Positions 49,101-59,200 of a DNA stretch of 64,000 bases are shown here, piece by piece. Below the pieces are notes generated by a model. That model saw only the letters and a program-made list of their open reading frames with translations. It was not told where the DNA came from and did no database searches. The position numbers and the translations under genes are program-made. The DNA is taken from positions 6,572,001 through 6,636,000 of the forward strand of contig CATNEN010000024.1 in the NCBI GenBank assembly GCA_950097015.1, in the 5' to 3' direction. This DNA comes from Macrostomum hystrix (lineage: Eukaryota; Animalia; Platyhelminthes). Positions within the stretch are counted from its first letter, which is position 1. Each line of letters opens with the position of its first letter.

Positions 49101-51834
49101 CCATCCAATCCTTGGTGTCTAACAGGTTTCCCATCCAATCCTTGGTGACTAACAGGTTTCCCATCCAATCCTTGGTGACTAACAGGTTTCCCATCCAATC
49201 CTTGGTGACTAACAGGTTTCCCATCCAGTCAATGGTGTCTAACAGGTTTCCCATCCAATCCTTGGTGACTAACAGGTTTCCCATCCAATCCTTGGTGACT
49301 AACAGGTTTCCCATCCAGTCAATGGTGTCTAACAGGTTTCCCATCCAATCCTTGGTGTCTAACAGGTTTCCCATCCAATCCTTGGTGACTAACAGGTTTC
49401 CCATCCAATCCTTGGTGTCTAACAGGTTTCCCATCCAATCAATGGTGTCCAACAGGTTCCCCATCCAATCAATGGTGTCTAACAGGTTTCCCATCCAATC
49501 AATGGTGTCCAACAGGTTTTCCATCCAATCCTTGGTGACTAACAGGTTTCCCATCCAGTCAATGGTGTCTAACAGGTTTCCCATCCAATCCTTGGTGACT
49601 AACAGGTTTCCCATCTAATCCTTGGTGACTAACAGGTTTCCCATCCAATCCTTGGTGACTAACAGGTTTCCCATCCAATCCTTGGTGACTAACAGGTTTC
49701 CCATCTAATCCTTGGTGACTAACAGGTTTCCCATCCAGTCAATGGTGACTAACAGGTTTCCCATCCAATCCTTGGTGACTAACAGGTTTCCCATCCAATC
49801 CTTGGTGACTAACAGGTTTCCCATCCAATCCTTGGTGACTAACAGGTTTCCCATCCAATCCTTGGTGACTAACAGGTTTCCCATCCAATCCTTGGTGACT
49901 AACAGGTTTCCCATCCAGTCAATGGTGACTAACAGGTTCCCATCCAATCCTTGGTGACTAACAGGTTTCCCATCCAATCCTTTGTGACTAACAGGTTTCC
50001 CATCCAGTCCTTTGTGACTAACAGGTTTCCCATCCAATCCTTTGTGACTAACAGGTTTCCCATCCAATCCTTGGTGACTAACAGGTTTCCCATCTAATCC
50101 TTTGTGACTAACAGGTTTCCCATCCAGTCCTTGGTGACTAACAGGTTTCCCATCCAATCCTTGGTGACTAACAGGTTTCCCATCCAGTCCTTTGTGACTA
50201 ACAGGTTTCCCATCCAGTCAATGGTGACTAACAGGTTTCCCATCCAATCCTTGGTGACTAAAAGGTTTCCTATCTTATCATTGGTGTCTAACAGGTTTCC
50301 CATCAACCCCTGATGCGGGGTGAGGCCTCACATTCCAGTCCAGCGAGGTGACGTCCTTGTTGCTGGGCACGTCCATTCCGCCGCGGCTGATGCAGTGTCG
50401 CAGGATCATTCGCTTGCTGGGATCGCCGGAGGCAACGGCGGCCAAATCGTTGGCGTCCCAGAGGCGAGCGGTGGAGTCGCCGCTGCCAGACGCCAGGAGG
50501 TCCTGGCGCGGATTCCATGCGCAGATGAACACCTCGGATTCGTGGCCTCGCAGCAGGGTGACGCGCTGTTGCGGAATGTCGAGAAATTCGCTACCGAGTT
50601 CGAATTGGCTGCTGGCAGCGTCGCCGCCCTGAGCAGCCTCCGGACGGTGGTGACTGTTGTTGGTGGCAGCGCTTCCGCTGCTGTTGCCATTGTTGCTACT
50701 GCTATTATTGTTGTTATTGTTGCTGTAGGAAGTCCCACCGCCATTGGTCTGGGGCGGCTGCGACTGCTGCTGCTGATCGGAGCTCGGCTCGGCCTGGCGT
50801 GTCAGCAGGTTTCGAAAATGTTCGAAATAGGGTCAATGCACTGGGGAAGTGTGGAGAAAGATGAAGGGAGAGTGGAGAAGGGGGTTGAAGAATTGGGAGA
50901 GTGAAGAAGGAAGAGTGGAGAATTGGGAGAGAGTGGAGAAGGGGAGTGGAGAATTGGGAGAGAGTGGAGAAGGGGAGTGGAGAATTGGGAGAGTGGAGAA
51001 GGGGAGTGGAGAATTGGGAGAGAGTGGAGAAGGGGAGTGGAGAATTGGGAGAGAGTGGAGAAGGGGAGTGGAGAAGGGGAGTGGAGAATTGGGAGAGTGG
51101 AGAATTGGGAGAGAGTGGAGAAAGGGGATGGAGAATTATGAAAGAGCGGAGAAGGGAGAAGCGAAAGTGGAAAAGGGATACTTAATAACGCAGTAAAGTG
51201 GAGGAGGGAGAGTAGAGAACGGGGGGGGAAGTTAAGAAAGAGGATTCGAGAAGGGAAAGAAGAGACTGGAGAGGGGAGAAACGAAAGTAAAGAAGAGAGA
51301 AAAGAAAGGAGGAGCGTGAAAGTAGAAGCAAGAGTGGATTGGCAATGGGAGAGAGGTGCAGTAATTAGTAAAGTTTCGATTGATGTACAACAAAGGCATA
51401 CAATAAAAGCGCACCTTAAGTCGTCTGCTCCTCTCGGTCTCCAGCAGCTGTTTCTTGCGCATCTCGACCACCTCGGGCATGACTGAGTCGATTAGCGACA
51501 AAGACTCGACAACTCGCTCGCCGCCGTCCTCGCCAATGCTAATCTCAGCCTCGGTGTATTGCAGGCCCTTCTGGATGATCTGCAGCAGTGCGGCCGGGGG
51601 CACCATAGCGCCATTGATGTTTGTGCTGGAGATGTGGCTCTCCATGCCGAACATGTAGGCCGAGTGCAGATAGCCTGCGCGAGTAGGCGGGATGGCGGAT
51701 ATATGTGGTGGGGACCAATCTAGGGCAGTGGATTATCACCCTGAATAATCATCATAAAGATGTTGAGAAAGCTTACCAGACTCTTGCAGATATCGATAGA
51801 TGAGAAAGTTGACCTCATCACTGCTGAAGCTCAT
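43152..51834 (-). CDS. TBL1XR1: Transducin beta-like 1 (TBL1X/TBL1XR1, ebi) LisH/WD40 corepressor. Exons approx. 51834-51777, 51674-51415, ~50795-50332, 46605-46542, 46448-46351, 46186-46126, 44912-44582, 44245-44080, 43990-43889, 43184-43152
   Basis: [20 protein letters not shown]; [35 protein letters not shown]; [28 protein letters not shown]; [14 protein letters not shown]; APALDVDWQ; [13 protein letters not shown]; [11 protein letters not shown]; [11 protein letters not shown]; final exon [14 protein letters not shown] junctions phase-consistent. Confidence 0.96.
43252..43850. repeat. Minisatellite, 31 bp GACACCTGTTAACTACCTTGGGTCTGGCCCT, ~19 copies, last TBL1 intron
   Basis: Direct reading; intron 43185-43888. 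Confidence 0.97.
44362..44507. repeat. Minisatellite, 24 bp GAGTAGCTAAAATGACCGGCTCTT, ~6 copies, TBL1 intron
   Basis: Direct reading. Confidence 0.92.
45005..46038. repeat. Minisatellite, 22 bp CACCTGAATC(T/C)AACCTACCTGT, ~47 copies, TBL1 intron
   Basis: Direct reading; intron 44913-46125. Confidence 0.97.
46650..50302. repeat. Minisatellite, 30 bp GGTGACTAACAGGTTTCCCATCCAATCCTT, ~122 copies with two interspersed variants, TBL1 intron
   Basis: Direct reading; fills ~3650 of the 3726-bp intron 46606-50331. Confidence 0.97.
50855..51135. repeat. Purine-rich GAGAGTGGAGAA(GGG/TTGG) tandem repeat, TBL1 intron
   Basis: Direct reading. Confidence 0.88.
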
Positions 51835-52427
51835 TTCATCGATCAGGTGTGACCAAAAATCTCTATTTTATTGTTAATTATGACCAGCTCATATCACAAA
51901 ATTCCTGAAAAAAGAAGTTTAAATCTAGTAATGAAGTAATAAGTGATATCTAACTATCTTCTATTTTAATGTATTGTTTTTTTAGTAACACATTTGTCTC
52001 ACTTTAAACTACACACTAGCAACTAAATGGTCCTATCTCAGTACCTAAATCTTCACAAAACAATAGCTATAGCTACATGTAGTACATAAACATTTTTAGT
52101 TTTTCTTTACCTCCTTATCTGCAACTTAGCAACCTAGTTTTTCATAATCTGTGTGTTAGTTTTCTCTTCTTTTGCAAATTAGTTTTCCCATTATTTTTTC
52201 TTCTTTTATCATTTCTGTTTTTTCTCTTTCATTTTTGTGCCTTACTTTTTTACTTCCAACCTTTGATTTTTTTCTTTTGGTCAGTTGGTTTTTAATGACT
52301 TACTTTGCTTGGCCATTGTTTCACCTACCAATTTGGCTGGGTATTGCATATGTATACTAGTACATGTATTTAGCATAGCTTAAGGCCTAAGGCTAGATAG
52401 GCTACAAAAACATTCTAGACTAGGGCA

Positions 52428-52708
52428 TATACATGCGCAACACCCGGCCGACCCGGCCAAACCGGCTGGGTGAAACGAGGGCCAAGCAAGGTAAGTCGCA
52501 AAAACCAATAGACCAAGCGCAAAAAAATCAAAGGGGGGACCAAGGGACAAAAAAGGAAGGCATGAAGAAAAGGAAAAAGGGGAGAGAAAAAGAGAGCAAA
52601 TGAGAGCAAACTAAGTCGTAAATAGAGCAATGAAACAAACTAAGTGGCAAATGAGAGCAAAAACTAAGTCGCACGGCTGGCTAAGATTTGGGAGGTTGCG
52701 CATGTATG
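52428..52708. mobile_element. 281-bp MITE with 14-bp TIRs and 8-bp TSD (hAT- or P-like), ~600 bp upstream of the TBL1 ATG
   Basis: TATACATGCGCAAC (52428) and GTTGCGCATGTATG (ending 52708); direct repeat CTAGGGCA at 52420-52427 and 52709-52716; internal TAAGT(C/G)G motif four times. Confidence 0.75.
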
Positions 52709-55269
52709 CTAGGGCAAAACAGTCTAACTTAAATAAAGTTAAGCTAATAAGACTAGCTAAATTGTTTAATAGCTATTCATAATTTTTATTGAGTGATTGA
52801 AATTTAGATAGGCCTGGCTAAACATCATAATTATAATAATAATATTTTAGGCAATACTCAAGTTTGTACATTTAGTTCTAAGTTTCTGAAAATAACAACT
52901 TTATTTGCATTAGCTACTATGAGTAAAACTAGTACTGACTTGCTGTTTTTAATCCACCTGGGTTTTTTATGTCTCAAATAGGAGTCATGGCATGATAAGA
53001 GTTAAAGTGACAGGACAGTCTTGATAGAAATATGAGATAAACATTAGGCCTAACTATTTGGACCATTTTGGAAATACTTTTAGCTGGTTGGCATACACAT
53101 GAAATTTTACTAGATTATCCTCCAACATACAGAGAAAGCCATCCAGCTAGCTAAACCTATTGCTTTAAAGATCAGAGTTTTTTTCTTGATAATAGTTCAC
53201 TGTAGTATTGTACGAATATAGCTATCTAAGTTATACAATATAGTATATATGGCTATAATAATATATTTATTGTCAATAGGCCTAAGGCTAAATAGCTTCT
53301 ATGCTACCATTGCTTATTTTTGCTTTTTAGCGAGACAATTATATAAAACGAGCATACAAACTGCATAGGGCCTTGCATAAAAAGAAATCTGACTTTACAT
53401 TTGATCATAACTCAATCTTAGCAATATCTATGCCCATCGCAATAGAAATTTAAAGTGTAGCCCGGTCTAGATCTATACTTTGTCAATGCAAAATATGTCG
53501 TTTTGTATTTAATTTCCTTAAAAAAGATTATTGATTATCTTTCTCCAAAACCAAATATTAGGCAGTTTATTCGGGTAGCTTTAACAAGAAAATCAGAACC
53601 GACAGGACATTACGTTCGTTAATTTTCAAGACCGGTGGTAATTCCGTTACACACAAGCGCAATTCAAGCAAAAAAAACATATATAATTTTTTAGAGATAG
53701 AAAAACAGTACAAACTTAGTCATGCTCTTTTAAAATTTAACTAGGTTTCGTACTCTACTGTATCTTATATATTAATTTTGATATAACCGATACTCCTTCA
53801 AATTATTCGTTGATATGCGTAATTAATTATACTCGTACTTTAAAACCTATTTGATGGTTTTCTATGGTATGTTTTCGTAAGATGTGACGTGGAAACTTCA
53901 TTATTTTCTCAATGCACTTAAATTTCACCACACTATTTATGTACATAGTCGTAAAATGCTTACAGATTGCACACTTGCAGTTACGGATCAGTGGATCACA
54001 AAGTTTAACCCTTGGGCGCTGTGTTTAAATATTTGTGAAAACTGAAAAGCCATATGAAAATTGCAACGTAGTATCTCATTTATTATTAAACTTTAACATG
54101 TCTGCTCATCTTGCAACCCTACGGTGCCTCATCTCCCCATGTCTTATCTCTGCTCTGTCAATCCATTCCGCCGTCGTCTTTCGGATTCTCTTCAACCCCA
54201 GTTGATTTAAATTTTTGAATTCACAGAATACATATATAATATTAAATAGACTGCAAATTTTCGATTACGACTCTGCAATACGGTGGAGGAAATCTAATAC
54301 AAAATTGAATCGTTCACTATTTTTTTAACCGTGCAAACAAATAGAAAGCAAAACGACAACAATAACAAACTAATAACAGTTTAAAGGTAAAATTTAACAA
54401 AAATTCACATATTGTTAAAAATATCAAGTACCAGATTTAATATAATTGATAATCGGAACTACTGTAAAGGATTATAAAAACCTATAATATTTTTCTTGAA
54501 GAAAGTAAAATCACGCGCAAAGCGGGAGCAGCAGATCAATAGTTTGTTTCTTATGCAATCCAGCGCAGCGCACACTTTAGAGATACCAATGGAGAAGATA
54601 TAAACTAGTTTTTTAAAAGCCTAATGAAAACATAATAGCAGCGCTAAAATGATAATTGATTTATTGATAGTGCAGCAATATAGATTGAGGTTGAGGATAT
54701 CTAACACGCTTATTTGCTGCACAATTGATGCTAGGATGGGATCAGTGCAATTTCAATGAAACCTGCATTGAAACAGATTTGCGAAAATTGGTTACAATGC
54801 TGCTGTAAGGGGAGCGAGGTGAGCAAACGATTGGAAAATCAAACTGCTAGTGGCATGCTATTTATACAGATGGTAGTTAGAAGTGCACTTCGCATTCTAA
54901 AGCGGGACAGTTTTTCCTTTGTTTAGTCTAGAACCGGTGACCGACTAGGCTGCCATCAAAATAGAATTCGTGCGCTATTTCACTACTGTGAGTAGAAGGC
55001 TAAAAACTAACACGCAGAATATTTTCTGATAATATAACCGGCTTGGATAGAGGCGATACGGCACTTCAAGTTTTTACACTGAAATAAATTTTCAGCATTA
55101 TACACTGTAAATACAAAGAGATTGTTCGTTCAATGGCTGGTGCAAAAGAGTGGATGCTATGCAATCAAAAGGGAGAATATTAATTTGTCCACCTGGGAGC
55201 GTTGCGAAATCCATTCCGTGAAAAAAGAGAAGAATGTGGGAAATTATTGGAGCCATTTTTCAGGCCCTA

Positions 55270-55370
55270 GCTGAGTACTAGCTCACAGCTGAATGAACTG
55301 AAGCGATAGGGAATTATTAGTTCTGAGAAGCTGAGATTCGAAGTTCGAACCCAAGACCTCTCGGATAGGA
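55270..55370 (-). mobile_element. Degenerate third SINE copy (B-box plus CORE fragment)
   Basis: Minus strand reads GGGTTCGAAC then GCTTCAGTTCATTCAGCTGT, matching GCTTCAGTTCATCCAGCTGT of the copy at ~29097. Confidence 0.55.
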
Positions 55371-56226
55371 CTTTTTAAGCTATAAAAATCTGTATCGTCT
55401 GATACTACTTACACTACTTAAAGTAGCTGCTTAGGAGAATTCTTTCTTCTTTTCACAAGAATTTTGAAGGAGTGGAGAATTAGTGAAACGAAAAAATTGC
55501 AAGTAGGTGAGTTAGCCACTCGAAACGAAGGTAATACAGAAAATAATTATCAATCAATAAAGCAGGAAAGCATTAACAGTAACAAAAACTGATTCAACTT
55601 TCTTAACAAACTGGAAAACCTAACAGTAGTAAACAAAGAACACGAACATATTGTGTTTATAAAATTCAGTTCGATAAAAACCTTTTACAAGGAGCAAGCT
55701 TCTAGAAAATAAATAATTCAATCAAAAAGTGAATATCTAATTAATTTGTTAATATACTTGTGCCAAAAGAACGGAAGGATTGATATTGAGAAAGAATAAG
55801 TGACACAGAATGATTAGCTGGCGATATTGTATTTGTTTTTTGTTCACAAATAAAAAACGAATCTAAAACTAACGCGTACGGAAATCGGGGTGAGAAAAGT
55901 TCTTGTAATGAAAAGTTCCAGCATCGACAAACAAATAAACAAACAATCAAACAGAATGAACTGAAACATAAATAAATAAACAATAATACTTTTCTCGTTC
56001 TGGGAGTTTCAATAGACTTTTACCTTGCCTTGAATATCACCATTTTTTATTTACTTATAAAGCCAAAGTAATTTGGTGAGAGAAAAGCAAAAAATGGACA
56101 AATAAAGTTGAGTAGCATTAAAAAATTACTGATCAGGGGGTCGGAGAGACGGTGCGAGGAAGGAAAAAGAAATAGTTTAGCAAATTGATTGCTGGCAAGC
56201 CTTTTGATTGATTGAGTGAGTCCGGC

Positions 56227-59200
56227 TCATTTCCGTTCAGTTGATACTTGCGAGCTGGAGTCGTAGGAGCCGGGACGGGTTTTCAGTAGGGCGTCAGACT
56301 GGCGAAGCAGCTGGTCCACCCTGTAAAAGTTGGGATAAATTGTGCGCATTTTCTTTTCATATTTTCAGCATACGCTCCCGTCCTGATTCTTTGGAATAGA
56401 CATAGAATCCATTGATTAAAACATGCCATTTCAGTCAGTCGGATTCGGGTTTGGGACTCTTGGATTCGGGTTTGGGATTCTTAGATTCGGGTTTGGGACT
56501 CTTGGATTCGGGTTTGGGATTCTTGGATTCGGGTTTGCGAATCTTGGATTCGAGTTTGGGATTCTTAGATTCGGGTTTGGGACTCTTGGATTCGGGTTTT
56601 GGACTCTTAGATTCGGGTTTGGGACTCTTAGATTCGGGTTTGGGATTCTTGGATTCGGTTTGGGACTCTTGGATTCGGGTTTTGGACTCTTAGATTCGGG
56701 TTTGGGACTCTTGGATTCGGTTTGGGATTCTTGGATTCGGTTTGGGATTCTTGGATTCGGTTTGGGACTCTTGGATTCGGGTTTGGGACTCTTAGATTCG
56801 GTTTGTGATTCTTGGATTCGGTTTGGGACTCTTGGATTCGGGTTTGGGATTCTTGGATTCGGTTTGGGATTCTTGGATTCGGGTTTGGGACTCTTGGATT
56901 CGGGTTTTGGACTCTTAGATTCGGGTTTGGGACTCTTAGATTCGGGTTTGGGATTCTTGGATTCGGTTTGGGACTCTTAGATTCGGTTTGGGACTCTTGG
57001 ATTCGGGTTTGGGATTCTTAGATTCGGGTTTGGGATTCTTGGATTCGGTTTGGGATTCTTGGATTCGGTTTGGGACTCTTGGATTCGGGTTTGGGACTCT
57101 TAGATTCGGGTTTGGGATTCTTGGATTCGGTTTGGGATTCTTGGATTCGGTTTGGGACTCTTGGATTCGGGTTTGGGACTCTTAGATTCGGGTTTGGGAT
57201 TCTTGGATTCGGTTTGGGACTCTTGGATTCGGGTTTGGGATTCTTAGATTCGGGTTTGGGATTCTTGGATTCGGTTTGGGATTCTTGGATTCGGTTTGGG
57301 ACTCTTGGATTCGGGTTTGGGACTCTTGGATTCGGGTTTGGGATTCTTGGATTCGGTTTGGGATTCTTGGATTCGGTTTGGGATTCTTGGATTCGGGTTT
57401 GGGATTCTTGGATTCGGTTTGGGATTCTTGGATTCGGGTTTGGGATTCTTGGATTCGGGTTTGGGATTCTTGGATTCGGGTTCGGAATTCTTGGATTCGG
57501 GTTTGGGATTCAGTCGGAATAAAATAGTGCACACAACAAAAAAGGAGACTAAACATCAGCATTTGGCACCAGAAATTGGCTACCAGAAATTTTGCTTCTC
57601 TAAATTGCAATAGTAAAGTTGAACAACATAGCTTGTAAAATAGAGAAAAAAACTAAATTGAAAAATAAATAGAGAGTAGATTAGGTCAGTTGTTTTCCTG
57701 ATCCGAAAGGCCTAATCATTAATTGTATGGGATGATGATCTAAGAAATAGGACGATAACGATAATAGACAAGCAGATTGGCTAGTTAATTAGATAGGTGC
57801 CCACATTTCAGGTAGATGAATAGTAATGTAGCTTTCAATAACATGAATTCAAGTAGAAAATAACTATTAGTACATTAGGGAACATTAGTACTACATTTCT
57901 AATAATAAAAAAAATAATCACGACACACATGCAGATTTTAAGTGGTATTAGCTGAAATTTAGTCACACCTACTAGGCTAGGCCATTGGATTTTAGGCATA
58001 GCTGACGCCACTGAAACAATTGTTGTGTGCGCGAGTGCATTACACAGCTGCAAGTTTACTACCCGAATCAGAATTCAAATCCATTCAATTCAATCCATTC
58101 AAATACCACCATGTTTCATAAATCAACCAATCAAGACCATTGAAATATCGCCAGGTCTCATAAATCAACCAATCAAGACCACTCAAATATCGCCAGGTCT
58201 CATAAATCAACCAATCAAGACCACTCAAATATCGCCAGGTCTCATAAATCAACCAATCAAGACCATTGAAATACCGCCAGGTCTCATAAATCAACCGATA
58301 AAGACCACTCAAATATCGCCAGGTCTCATAAATCAACCGATAAAGACCATTCAAATATCGCCAGGTCTCATAAATCAACCGATAAAGACCATTCAAATAT
58401 CGCCAGGTCTCATAAATCAACCGATAAAGACCATTCAAATATCGCCAGGTCTCATAAATCAACCGATAAAGACCATTCAAATATCGCCAGGTCTCATAAA
58501 TCAACCAATCAAGACCACTCAAATATCGCCAGGTCTCATAAATCAACCAATCAAGACCACTCAAATATCGCCAGGTCTCAGAAATCAACCAATCAAGACC
58601 ATTGAAATACCGCCAGGTCTCATAAATCAACCAATCAAGACCATTGAAATACCGCCAGGTCTCATAAATCAACCGATAAAGACCACTCAAATATCGCCAG
58701 GTCTCATAAATCAACCGATAAAGACCATTCAAATATCGCCAGGTCTCATAAATCAACCGATAAAGACCACTCAAATATCGCCAGGTCTCATAAATCAACC
58801 GATAAAGACCATTCAAATATCGCCAGGTCTCATAAATCAACCGATAAAGACCATTCAAATATCGCCAGGTCTCATAAATCAACCGATAAAGACCATTCAA
58901 ATATCGCCAGGTCTCATAAATCAACCGATAAAGACCATTCAAATATCGCCAGGTCTCATAAATCAACCGATAAAGACCATTCAAATATCGCCAGGTCTCA
59001 TAAATCAACCGATAAAGACCACTCAAATATCGCCAGGTCTCATAAATCAACCGATAAAGACCACTCAAATATCGCCAGGTCTCATAAATCAACCGATAAA
59101 GACCATTGAAATATCGCCAGGTCTCATAAATCAACCGATAAAGACCATTCAAATATCGCCAGGTCTCATAAATCAACCGATAAAGACCATTCAAATATCG

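Noticed and set aside
56440-57510. GGGTTTGGG array as interstitial telomeric repeat
   Set aside because: The unit is 20-21 bp and lacks tandem TTAGGG-type hexamers
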